This document shows positions 1 to 12,789 of a stretch of 64,000 bases of DNA, piece after piece. Both the position numbers and the translations under genes were made by a program. The DNA comes from Chiloscyllium plagiosum. Its lineage: Eukaryota. Numbering within the stretch: position 1 is the stretch's first letter; every line of letters starts with the position of its first letter. The stretch lies in assembly GCF_004010195.1 (NCBI RefSeq), contig NW_025215356.1:1-64000 (forward strand), read 5' to 3'. Below the pieces are notes generated by a model. The model was not told the DNA's origin. It searched no databases and saw only the letters and a list, made by a program, of their open reading frames with translations.

Positions 1-1164
1 CAACTATAAGAAAAATCTGGACCATGGAATGGAGGATCTTTTTAAACAGGTCAGCAATAATTACATTTCTGATTCGAAATGATGGAACTGCACTCTGGAT
101 TTTCATGCACCGATAATGAAATCTGAAATAATTATAAATTATGTAAACCTAACATGAGCATTTGACTATGGCACAGCTTGTACTGAAGTGGATAATTTAG
201 TAATATATTGCAGTACAAGGATGTCTACCAATCCCTTTTTAACATGTTACTAAATTAGTTGTCATGCTGATATGAAGAATGAAGGTATTTAATTTCAATC
301 ACTGTTTCCCTTAAGGCACATTTCAATTTGGATGTAAATCTTCATAGTCATCACCTTGCCTGGCTAACTGCAGAAACTATAGTCCCTCACATTGGGAACT
401 AAAGTTTCTGGCTCCAAACCACGGACTGAATGGTCTCCTTCTGCTCTTTATCATTCTATTAATTGATTCTAGTTATCAGAATATTGAAAACAATGATTGC
501 ATCATCCAATAGAGAAGGGCACAAGACAACCCATTGCCTTGGTCCACCTGTACTCATCAAAAGCACTTCTTCATCTCTAGAGTTTTTAAGCAATAAACAA
601 TGATCATCTTTAGGTGATTTTCCAGTTTCTTCTTTAAGGGTAACAGATAATTCTTCGGTAAGTTAGAAGATTATGTGTCTGAATCCCAATCCAAAGGTCC
701 CAAGGCTGCTTGTAACCTTAGTGACCTACCTGACCCCAGGAAGAGTTTCTGACCACATATCCAAGACAACAGCATTTCCTTCCAAATATTGCCTAACTTA
801 GCTCATCCTCAGCTGACATGCTCAAAACCTTGTCCATTCCTGTTACTTCTTATCCAAAGCATTCTTGGTCAGCCTCCGACATCCTAGCTCTAGTAATGCT
901 GACCTATCGCCCTAGTACTTGCTGACTGCACAGGATGCTGATTGAGTAACATCCCTTCCTTTAAAAAAGTTGTCACTTGTACTTTCAAATCATTTCATGA
1001 CTTCACCCCTCCCCAACCACCAGCTTAACAAATCTGTGTGTTAGCTGGGATCCTCTAATTGTCTTAAGCAGCTCTGATTTTAGTTGCTCCACCATTAGCA
1101 GCTATGCCTTCGGGAAGTGAGACCACATGATCTCTGCTTCCTCTTCAAAGCACTCTGTGTCAGA

Positions 1165-1610
1165 GATGCCTCAGTGAGTGGCTCATCTCTGCATCAAAGG
1201 ATTATGGACTCAAGTCCCATTCCAGAACTTGAGTGTAAAATCAAGGTTGACACTCAAATTGCAGTACTGATGAAGTGCTGCATTGTTGGATGTGCCACCT
1301 TTGGCATGAAACATTAAAATAAGCCTTCATCTGCCCCCTCAGGTGGGCATGAAAGATTGCCAGACACTACTTCAAAAGAACAAGAGGTTTTCTCCCTAAT
1401 GCCCTGGCCAATATTTATTCCTCAGACACTATCACAAAAATAGATTATCTAGTCATGATCACATTATTGTTTTGTGTGAATTTGCTGCATACAAATTAGG
1501 CGCCTCATTTTCAATATTACAACATGTCTACACTTCAGAAGTGCTTTGTTATTTGTAAAGCATTTTGTGATATCCCATGGTCTTGAAAAAATGTTAAATA
1601 AATTCAATAT
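1165..1610 (+). mobile_element. Deu-domain SINE (SacSINE1-like), degenerate
   Basis: tRNA-like head followed by Deu-like core (gccacctttggcatgaaacattaaa...ctcaggtgggcatgaaagat) and an L2/CR1-like tail. Similar copies occur elsewhere in the window. Confidence 0.6.
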
Positions 1611-2932
1611 TTTTTTCTGGTTAAACAGACTTCTTTTATCAAATTTTGAGCATTTGCCCCAAAGTCTCCTTGTGGCAAATTTTGTTCAATAACATAGCAT
1701 GTTTTACTACAACAAAACTTACTATATAATTGCAAGCTTTTGTAGTGCATAAAATCTAGGTTGAGACTTCATTGCACAACTAGAAATTAAATAGAAGCTA
1801 TCTCACATGTTTGTCTTCTACGCAAATAATACACTGCTTGGTAAAATTCCATGAAACATCAAATATAATGCATTGCTTTGAAGTGGATTGTAGACAAATA
1901 CAAAAACCCTTTTGCACACAAAGGATCACACAGAAACAAAAACAAGCAGTTAGTCTGGTGATGCTGGTTGAAAATCCTATGCTTTTTAAAACGTATTTTT
2001 TTAATAAAAAAGTAGTAATCTGCACACAAAAATCAGACACAAAACTGTTAAGTAACTGCCGTTCGCCCTGCTTTAAGCAGCTCTCGTGTTCCTGACTGGT
2101 GTCATTTAATAGTGCAAAGGAACCTGAAGAAGAAAACCCTCAAAGTATAAATACTCAACCATTTTCCATACAGACACAGCAACATGACTAACCATTTCAG
2201 TGTGCGTTGACCTCCAAAACTATTTGATATTTTTAACAAATTGTTCATCCTTCAATGCTGCCAGCTGCAATTAAACCTTCTCTCAGAAATAAATTGAACC
2301 GCTCGTGCTTTAAGAAGAAAAATCACAATGCAATTGCTCTTTGATAGTGCAGCAGCAACAACGCATTGTAGATAAATGCTTTAAGGATGAAAGGGTTTCA
2401 AAATCGAAACGCTCTGGTAGAAATGCCATGTAAAGTGAATAACTGCGATGGTAGTATTGTTGGACAGTCTCTTTAGTCACTAAAAGCATCTTAACCTCTT
2501 TCCCTTTGAACAAGGATTATTAACCTTGAAAAATAGACTTTTGGCTTAGTTTGAGCTTTTCTCTTTGATGGCGATTAAACAGTAATTATTTTTTTTCTAA
2601 ATCATACACACGTACCACAGAACTTGAAGCACTTGAAAGGCAGGAAATTAAACAAGAAAGAACTCAAACCTCAGACAATTTCTACTTAAGATAGCACATT
2701 ATTTCGGTCACTGTAATCTTCTTTGGAACCTTTGTCCTGAGAAGGTGGTGGAAGCAGAGCCCTGCAATTGGAGGGGGGTGGAAGAGAAGGGATCATCCTC
2801 CAGAGGGGGCGAGAGATTATCAAGTGTTGGCGGGGAAGACTATAAAGGGCAGGTGGGAATGCAGATTTGAGGCTACAATCAGATCAGCCAAAGGATCTTT
2901 AGGAATGGCAGAGCAGATTCAAGGGGATGAAT

Positions 2933-3142
2933 CGAGTGTGTGTTGCTGGAAAAGCACAGGTGGTCAGGCAGCATCCAAAGAGCAGGAGAATTAACATTTT
3001 GGGCATAAGCCTTCCAATCAGGAATTCCTGATGAAGCGCTTATGCCCGAAATGTCAATTCTCCTGCTCCTCGGATGCTGCCTGACCTGCTGTGTTTTTCC
3101 AGCGCCGCACTCTCGACATTGATCTCCACCATCACTTTCTCC
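2933..3142. mobile_element. Palindromic PLE pseudo-LTR mini-element inserted in a CR1 3' fragment
   Basis: Inverted arms around caggaattcctg (3019-3030). 14-bp TSD tcaaggggatgaat at 2919-2932 and 3143-3156. CTGATGA...GAAA core at 3028-3051. Confidence 0.75.
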
Positions 3143-4178
3143 TCAAGGGGATGAATGGCCTACTCCTGTTCCTTATTCCTTCTAAAATAACATGATCAGA
3201 CACAAACAGAATTGTCAAGATGGGTGCTTGAAGGCACAGATACGTGGCAACTAGTACACTAGTACAGACTGGAAAAGCTATGACTACAATCAAAGAGATT
3301 GCTATGGATCATGAAATTCAGTTATCTACTTTCACCAATTTATTTTCCCGTATTTAAATTCCCAGCATCATGAATGCACAAAGTATGCAAACGTAAGCCA
3401 AACACTGCAAAAAATTTGTATCCGGCAGTATAACCCCAGTCCCAAGCAAAACCAAGTTAAAGAATTAATAATCCAGTGAAGGTGAGTTTGAAGTTCACCA
3501 ACATAATCACAGTAAGGTGATGCTCGACTGGCATTAGTTCACTGGCAATCTTTGAGGAAGGAAACCCAGTCCCCTTGTGGGGCTCAGTCAATCCATGGCT
3601 TCAGTCCCACTCCAAAATTTTCAACACCCTTAGCAACAGCGAAGCAGTCCACTCATGTACAGGAAATAAAGCCTGTTGTATAGATAATGGCACCATTTTA
3701 CATTCTACTGATGTGCCTCAGTCTGAGGGTGGAGACAAGGGGTTCTACTCTCGTGTTCAGAGAAAGATATCTGTAGTAGCTCCTGAAGGTCTTAGTAATC
3801 ATGCCTGACTAAATGTAGTTGTACTTATTGCTATCATGCAATAATTCTTGTTGATAGCTAAGAACTGTACCTCTTCTGTAGATATTCAATGGGGTGCATC
3901 TTCTACCACTAAACACAAGTCAGGCTTGAGACAAAACAAGAAAGCTATTTAAATCATGCTGAAAAGGAGAAAGCAGGAAGAGTCAGACAGATCCTGAGAG
4001 GAGACAACTAACACCAGCTCAAAGTGGTAATACACTTCATTCATCTTATAAAAGGTACGGATCTCCCCTGTTTCCAAATGTCAACTTAGTAATGTAATCT
4101 CCCACAGGGATACAGTTTTAAAGACCCAACACTCAAACACTTCCCATACTTATGAACGGCTGCTTTACATTGTCCTTT

Positions 4179-5122
4179 GAGATTTTGGAGAAGATTTGTA
4201 GCTCAAATTGTGGCTCAGGTTGTAAGCATGTTCGCTGAGCTGGGAGATTTGTTCTCAGACGTTTCGTAACCATGCTAGGTAATATCATCAGGGAGCCTTC
4301 AGTGAAGCACTGGTGCTGTGTCCTGCTTGCTGTTTATCTGGCTCTTTGTTGTGAGAGGTGAAATGATTTTCGGTTCTGTTTCTGAGAGATTGGTAAACGG
4401 GGTCTAAATCTATAGGTTTGTTAATGGAGTTCCAACCTGAATACTCGGCCTCCAGGAATTCCCATGTGTCTCTTTGTTTAGCTTGTCCCAGGATGGATGT
4501 ATTGTCCCAGTCAAACTGGTGTCCCTCTTAGTTTGTATCTCTGGGTACCAGTGATAGTTGGTCATGTCTTTTGGTTGATGCTCATGTATCCTGATGGCTC
4601 TCTTCCGGCCCGTTTGTCCAATGTAATATTGGTTGTGGTCCTTGCAGGGTATTTTGTATGTGATGTTCGTTCCGCTGGTTCTTGGTACAGGGTCCTTTAA
4701 ACTCATCAGGAGTGGTTTCAGTGTGGTGGTAGGTTTGTGGGCTACCATGATGCCTCGGGGCCAGAGTAGTCCAGTCGTCATCTCGGAGATATCTTTAATG
4801 TATGGCAGGTGGCTAGAGTCTCTGGATGTGTTGTGTCTCGTTTAGGTCTGCTGAGCAGGAATTGGCAGACTGCAATTTTCTTGAATACACTGTACATGTT
4901 TTTCTCCTCAGATTCTTTTAGTTCCCCAGATGCTGCAGTGTGTGTTGTGGCTCATTTACATTATGTGCTGATGGAGCTCCATTTGTGGGTGTTGGGATGA
5001 TTGTCCTGTAGTTGAGTATCTGGTCAACGTGTGCGCCTTTCCTGTAGATGCTGGTCTGCAGCTCTCCATTGGCTTTTCGTTCTACTGTGACGTCTAGGAA
5101 GGGGAGTCTGTTATTGTTCTCT
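4179..5122 (-). mobile_element. Penelope-like element, 5'-truncated (RT C-terminus, GIY-YIG endonuclease, pLTR)
   Basis: ORF 4410..4781 contains YKIPCKDHNQYYIGQTGRKRAIRIHEHQ (GIY-YIG). Its terminal sequence is shared with 9461-9980 and 62756-63072. Confidence 0.88.
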
Positions 5123-6149
5123 GGATAAACTCAACAGGTCTGACAGCAAATGCAAGACAGAAATACAGTTAACTTTTATGGAAGTTGTTTGAGAAAAGAA
5201 TCACTTTGGACTTGAAACATTATTGTTAGAATCGGTAAGTTTGGAGATTTCAAGCACAAGGATACAGAAACATCAGTTGTTTAGCTATTACACAAAAGCA
5301 GTGAATCTCACTGGTCAAGAAAATAAACAACTGTGTACATAAAGTTCAAATAGCAGCATTGACAAGATAGCCAATAGATAAAAGAAAGGTCTCTCTTCTT
5401 CATCACTGGGCTATTCCTGGCACACCATTCTCCTGCTGCAGCCACGCACAACTTAATCCACAGTCAAAAACAAAGATATTGCTCCAGACGGTACGATAGC
5501 TTTCTCCAATAATCACTGCAAATAATCAGGATTTCCTTAAGATCTTTACAGACTATTTGCTAAAATCCAGATTGCCTTCAGATGAATGAGTTCTGATCAT
5601 TATTACACTGCGCTCTATGGATCGTGATAAAACACATTATAAAGTTGGTCTATAAACAACCATACCAAAAAAGGCTAGACTGAGAATAATTTCCACGGAG
5701 TTTCTGAAGCTGAAAATTGGTCCCTGTTGGATGCCTTTGGAATAACACAAATATCTCTACTTCATACAAAACTGTGACAGAGAGATAATCTTGTTCATTA
5801 ATGACCTTCATTAACTGAATGCCTGTGCTTACTGCAACATCTGCAAAACACTAATTACAGGCTCATGAAGTAGTGAAGATCGTGCAGATGAAAGTAGCAT
5901 TTTTATATATTTCCAAATTAGCAAATCACTGAACTGGCTAATTTGTTTTTAAAAAATGATTCCCTACTGCAGTCTCAGAGATGCATACAAAGAAAGCCTG
6001 AACATAAAAAGGTTTGTACGGTATTTAAGTAGCGTCTCAACTCCAAACCACATCTCTTAAATGTCACCCACATTTTACGCACATTCAATTACTTCAAAAT
6101 GAATTGCAATTGCAGGTAAATGTAGAAATGTAGGAGTAGGTCATTCATT

Positions 6150-6830
6150 AAGTGTGACACGTGGCTCAGTGCTAGTACTCTCTCTGAATCAGAATGGGTT
6201 CAAGTCCCATTTCACAATCTGAACACAGCAATTGATCCTGTCACTTGAGTATAGTAATACATACAGGAACACTGAATTATTAGGGGTACCCTCTTTTGGA
6301 TGAAACATTAAACCAATACCACATTTGTTGTCCGGAATACATACAAAAGATTCCATAGAACATTCCTGAAGAACTTGAGAATTATCCATGCTTTTAATTA
6401 TTTCTTTACTCCTTTTGTCACGTAAAGACACCTACTCTATACCATATCACATACTGTCCCTTATGTTCTTCTTAATTCTTCTCAACCTCCCCCTCACTTC
6501 TGGTGAAGCATGACTGACCTGAAATTTTAATTATTTCTTTCCACAGCACCTGCCTGACCTGAGTATTTCCAGCATTTTCTCTGACTATTTCAGATTTCCA
6601 ATATTTTTGAGCTACTGCCTGGTCAATCGTTATTTGTATCAACATCACAAATGCAGATTATCTGACCGCCATCATACTGATATTAGGAGGAGCATGCTGC
6701 ATAAAAATGGCCTACTGCATTTCCTATATTATTGCAGTGCATCCAGTTAAAAAATTACCTGCTGAGGTGTAAAGTGGTTTGGAAAGTCTCAGGTTGGTGA
6801 AACATGCTGTTTAAACACAAGGTTTCGTTA
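6150..6830 (+). mobile_element. Deu-domain SINE, interrupted
   Basis: tRNA-like head (gtggctcagtgctagtactc...gggttcaagtccca), Deu-like core and the same tail as 1165-1610. Confidence 0.5.
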
Positions 6831-8989
6831 CTTTTCAGTCCCTTAAACCTGTTCGACCTTTTAGCAAGGTCATGGCTGATCTTTATCCTAACTCCATTGT
6901 GACTTTATATTCTTTAATACCCTTGACTATGGCAAAATATGTGGACCTCAGATTTAAAATTAATTGATCTAGCATCTTGTCTTGTGGTGGAAGAGAATGT
7001 CACAATTCTTCTAACTTTGATGTAAAGTGTCTGTTAATTTCTCTCCTGAATGGCTTGTCTGATTTTAAGGGACTGTCCCTTGCTCTAGAATCACCCGCCA
7101 GCAGCTCAATTCCCTCTCTACATACAGATGGACTGCTTTGATAATGTTATCCATGCAGAAGAGCTGGAGTGACTAATCACCAACACAAGCATTGACTGAA
7201 GTAGTGCAAGATGACAATAACAGCAAAAGCAGCTGTCTAACAAGCAGCCTGGTGCAGAGATGATAGGCCAAGTGGCCTCTTTCTGCATTGTAACTTCTCT
7301 GTAATTCTATGTCAACATCAAAGGTTGTCTTAACCAGAGTCTCCAACAATGAGCTCATCTGTTGCTGTGATTGGATAACGCATCCACACTCCTAACTTGT
7401 GTCCTGTAAATAGTGGGTAGGCTTGAAGTAGTCTGATGGCTAGTTACGTGCCTCAGAAATCTTAGCCCCTGACTTGCCCTTGTTGCCACTGCATTTATAT
7501 GACTGGTCAACTTCAGCTTCTAGTCAATGGTGATGGAAATGATGATTCTGTGATGGAAATGCATGGAAGTCAAGGGGACAGGGGTTAGGTTCACAGAACA
7601 ATGGTGAATGCCTGGCAGTTTAATGGTACGAATGTTACTTGCCACTTATCAGGTAAAGCCTGAATATAGTCCAAATCTTACCACATGCAGCATGGTCTGA
7701 TTCAGAATGAGGAGTTGTGAATGGTCCTGAAGAATATACAATCATCAGCAAACATCCGATATCTGACCCTATGATGGGCAGAAGATTTGACGCTGCTGCT
7801 GATTGCCGCAGCTGTTTTCAGCATTAAGGACAGATATAAGTCATTGTAAATGCAGATGTCTTTTCGCTATCCCAAGATTATTAGACTACAAAACCAGTGT
7901 GAAAGACATCCGATTAATAAATGTCTCCTTCAACTAGAGGGAGGTAATGGCAAAGTGGCAGTGTCACTGGACGAGTAACTCAGGTCCTTGGGGTAACGTT
8001 CTAGAGACTGGACTCAAATCCCACCACAGCAGAGTGTTACATTTGAATTTGAATTCAATATTGGAATAAAAATAAAGGTCTTTAAAAAGACCATGCAATC
8101 AGTGGTTGATTAAAAACGCAAATGGCGCACTGATGTCCTTCAGGAATGGAAATCTACTGTGCACACTCAATTTGGACTGAGACACTCCAGGCAGTGCAGT
8201 ATGATGTAGGGAGGGGAGGAAACTCTTAACTGCCCTCCAAGCAATTAGAGACAGGCAGCAAATGCTGGTCTAGCACATCCCATGAAGTAATATAACAATT
8301 AAAGTACACATATAGAAAGCAAGATGATCCACTTCATGTGTTGTTCAAACCAGGCATAAACTATAGTCAAGATAGTGGTTAGTCAAATAATTGACTGTTT
8401 TTATAACCATAATGAGATGAAACAACCTCTACAGAGTTCAGGGCTGCAAACACAATGAGAAAAAGGGAAGCAAATTACAAGGCAAGCAGCATATCATGAA
8501 TTTAAATTCTACCAGCTGCCATGTAGGCTTCGAACGCATAGCCCAGAGGAAATGCCTGGGTCTACACAGATTGCTAACGCAATGAGATACCCATTACACT
8601 ACCTTCTACACATCTGACATGCAGGACAGTCAAAAGCTAATGAGACTATAAAATAGCCATTGATAAGTTCAATATATACAGAACTTTGGAGAAACCTCTA
8701 TCTAGAGAGTGGTTACAATGTGCAACTTTACAACACAAGGAGGATAGTTAAAGGGAAACTAGGCAGACGCATAAGGGAAAAAAGGAGGAAAAGTTTTGAT
8801 GACAGAGTTAGATGAAAAGGATAGAGCATAAACATTGTTGGGACTATTCTCCTTGAAGAGAAGAAAGCTGAGAGGGGAGATCTGATTGAGGCTTTCAAAT
8901 TCATGACTGGGTTGAACAGAGTAAATAGGGTGAAGCTATTTCAATTTGTGAAAGAAACAAGAATGAGGTGACATAGATTTAATGTGATC

Positions 8990-9325
8990 ATTGAATCCCC
9001 TACAGTGTGAAAGCAGGCCATTCAGACCCTCTGAAGAACATTCCACCCAGACACAAACCCCTAACCTATCCCTGTGATCCTGCATTTCCCACAGCTAACC
9101 CACCTAGCCTGCACATTCCTGGACACTACGGGCAACTTAGCATGGCCAATCCACCTAACCTGCACATCTTTGGACTGTGGGAGGAAATCAGAGAACCTGG
9201 ACGAAACCCACACAGACACAGGAAGAACATGCAAACTCCACATAGGCAGTCACCAGAGGGCGGAATCAAATCCGGGTCCCTGGGGCCATAAGGCAGCAGT
9301 GCCAACCACTGAGCCACCAGGCCAC
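8990..9325 (-). mobile_element. HE1 / V-SINE (elasmobranch tRNA-derived SINE)
   Basis: Reverse complement has gtggctcagtggttggcactgctgcc and the V-core gtgtggagtttgcatgttcttcctgtgtctg. Confidence 0.88.
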
Positions 9326-9460
9326 CCTGTGTGAATGAAGCAAGAGGGATGAGAGAAAAAACGTTGACACGCAACAAGTAGTTAGGGTCTGAAATGCACT
9401 GCCCGGAAACGTGGCGGAGGCCTGTTTAACTGAGGCATTAGAGAGAGGCATTGGATTTTA

Positions 9461-9980
9461 AATGTAGGTTTGCTCGCTGAGCTGGAAGGTTCATCCCCAG
9501 ACGTTTCGTCACTCTGCTGGGTAACATCTTCAGTGGGCCAAACAAGGCAAACACTAGCCACCAGGATACATGAACATCAACTAGCTACAAAACGACATGA
9601 CCCTCTCTCACTAGTATCCTTACATACAGATAAGGAAGACACCACTTTGACTGGGACAACACATCCATTCTATGACAAGCCAAACAAAGACATGCACAAG
9701 AATTACTAGAAGATTGGCATTTCAACTGGAACTCTATCAACAAACACATCGAGTTAGACCTGATTTACCACACCCAGAGAAGAACAGGAAATGACATCAC
9801 CAACCGAAAGAAAACCAAACATATAAATAGAAAGCAAGAAGTATCAACAGTGCTTCATCCGGAGGCCCACTGAAGAGGTTACCTAGTAGGGTGACGAATT
9901 TTCTGGAAATAAACCTTCCAGCGCAGCGAGCAAACCTACATCCAGAACCTCAACCTGAGTTACAAATCTTCTCAAGACTC
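9461..9980 (+). mobile_element. Penelope-like element fragment with inverted 5' pLTR
   Basis: GIY-YIG remnant GQTRQTLATRIHEHQLA. 9461-9540 is an inverted copy of ~9865-9942. 13-bp TSD gcattggatttta at 9448-9460 and 9981-9993. Confidence 0.85.
9496..9537 (-). ncRNA. Minimal type I hammerhead ribozyme motif (PLE type)
   Basis: CCCA-CUGAAGA-U-GUUAC-ccagcaga-GUGAC-GAAA-C-GUC-UGGG. Stem I CCCA/UGGG, 5-bp stem II, loop-less palindromic stem III (ACGU). Confidence 0.6.
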
Positions 9981-12789
9981 GCATTGGATTTTATTTTGGA
10001 TTGTAATGGTGTGCAGGGATATGAGGATAATTTCAGGAGATGAGATAACAGAGCCAGTGCAGGCACAATGAGCCAAATAACCTCAGGTTACACTAAGAAC
10101 TCAGATTCTGTGGACACTGTTGACATGGATCAGTTGTGAAATTCCAAGAATTTGCTCTTGTCCTCTCACACAACTGCACTTCCTTCTACACAGAATTACA
10201 GAATAGCATAGACAGCTACTGGTTTCTGGGCTGCCTTCACACCAGGCCAACAAAGCTAGTCAGGCTTTACCCTGTATTTATCAGTGTCAGCTTCACTTCT
10301 ATGCATTGTGCAGTTGTTGAGAATCTCGTTTGAATTCGATTAATAAATATTTTATTCTCCCTCAGATACATCATTTCAAAAATAAAAGTAATGCACAACT
10401 GCCAAAAGCAGTCCTGTATGTAGTATTCTTGAAATCACTGCCTGGAAGAACAGTGGAGGCAGATTTAGTAATAACTTTCAAAGGGAAACCGGATATGTAC
10501 TTGAAAATTTTTTAAAAATTGCAGCATTCTGGAAAAAGAACAGGGGAAGTGTGACTAATTGCACAATTCTGTCAGAAAATTAGAATAGGCACGATGAGAT
10601 GAGTGGCCTCTATCTGTGCTATACAATCAGTTGCTTTGACTGTCAGCATTGAAACCCTTACAAAGGCCAGACTGAATAGCATGGGATGATAGGATGGGTC
10701 TCGACTTCAACACTTGAAGGCTATCGGCAATATGACAAATGTGGAGGATGGAGTGATTGCAGCAATAGGTCCAGGAGGGGAAAGTTCATAGGAAGAGTAT
10801 TGACAAAGTAGTCACGGCAGGTCATGTCAGAGACGGAGAAAAGAGATTGGAAGCTGGAGCTGAGGTGACGGGGAGGGGTCAGTTTCTCATCAAATCACAG
10901 GTGCTTTTCCACAGGAATCGATATTTCCTTATGGAAATGCCCAGTAGGGCTGGTTAGAAAACCAATTAATGGTAAATAAGGTATAAATTCAGGATCCCCT
11001 GTACATCCTGTGGCTAACTCAGCACAGGCAGCTTTCCCCAAAGGTGAAATCAAATGCTCCTATTACGGATACTAAAGTGGAGTCGTGATCTGATCTGCTG
11101 CATTATTGATGGAGTGCCTGCAGATTGAGAACTCTCAACAGAACAAGTCTGATTTGATTCCGCCGTTTCAGTGTGCACCAATATCCACGCCCTTGCATGG
11201 AAAGGCCTCTAGGAGACTGGCTGCAAATCAAGCCAACAATTTCAGAGTTTTGGTTGAGACTCTGGCAGGGAGAATGAATGTGATGAAAGTAGAGCAGAAA
11301 CCATCCTATCTGAGGGATCCCATATCCAACTGATAACCACGTGCACCTGTCACAAAAAGAAAGGGTAAGGATGTTAGAGGGAAAACTACGTCAGACTGGG
11401 CTGTGGCATGAGTCATGAGGGTGCAGTCACAGAGGACTCCAAACTGAAAGATGAAAATAAATTAATCAGGAGAAAAATGAATTAAAGATTAAGTGTGCAC
11501 TGTGCTAGATTTAACAAAGTTATGAAATAAATTAGTATTAGTTAAGGCGATAAGATTTAAATCCAGTTGGATTATAATGATGACTGCCTCTCCAGCCACT
11601 ATCTCTACCTGAACCCAAGTTCATTCAAATCTGTTATTCTGCCCTGAATTGTAAAACTCTTCATTATCCCCCATGCATGCAACAGCTCCAGGTTAAAACA
11701 AAACTCTTCAGTCTTGCTTTCAGATTCCCTCTCTTCCATGGCCTCAATTGTCCCCATCTTAGTAACTTCCTTCAAACCAACCATCTTGAAGGCACCTCAT
11801 GCACTCCTAGTCATCTTCAAATCACCAAGGACCCCATCTCTGGAATTCCCTCTGTATAACTCTGCATCTCGCTACCCTCATGTAAGATGTTCCTGAAAAC
11901 TTGGCTCATTGATTGAGGTTTAAGTCTCATGTCCTAATATTTCATCATGTGGTTCAGTCTGATATTGTCTGATAATAATCATTGGGAACTCTTCCTATGT
12001 TAAAAGTCACTTTTAAAAACAACTGTACAAATACACATTACTGATCTAGAAAAATACCATGACTTTCATTTAACTTTTGGCATCTGGATTGCTCGAGTCT
12101 TGATCAGCCATAGTAATGTGTTATCAGGCAATGTGAACTCTACAAATTAATCAATGTCTAAAAGTAATTGCTTCATATGATCTGTCAGCATGTTGCATTT
12201 TCACAATGCAAGAAGCAGAGTGCACCTGCTGTCGAACAGTCGCATGATATAAATTAAAGTTACCTCAGATAAACATGGAGGCGAAAGTTGACGTTCTCTG
12301 TAGCAGTTCAGGTAAACAAACACACATTCCATGAAAGAGAATGATTTGTTAATCAAGGTTTTGCAGGAGGGATCAATGGTAATTTCTTGTTTCATTGCAA
12401 TTGTTGTACAGTAGCTGTGAGTTTGTGCGCAGTGAGCTCCTGCCCTGGAGATTAGCAGCTTCCCCAAGAGGAGAACTCTGCTTTTAAAAGGAGGAAGAAC
12501 ATTCAGAGGACTGTAGTGCAGTGGTTATTTCACTGTCGTATTCTTCAAAAGAATGCAACTTTAAGCCTCATCATGAAGTGCACTCAGGAAGGCAGGCATA
12601 TAAGTTGGATGCAGACTGGAAAGTATTAAAAGGATGGGTTCTGAAAAAATGTCATGGTTGAGGTTGGACAAGTGAAAGAATGAAATAGGACACACAAGGG
12701 CAGAGATCACCTCTTAGGTAGGTACTGCAGTGAATTATCAAGGACGGAATGATATCCAAAAAAATAAATTGAATGCCCATATGGAAAGT

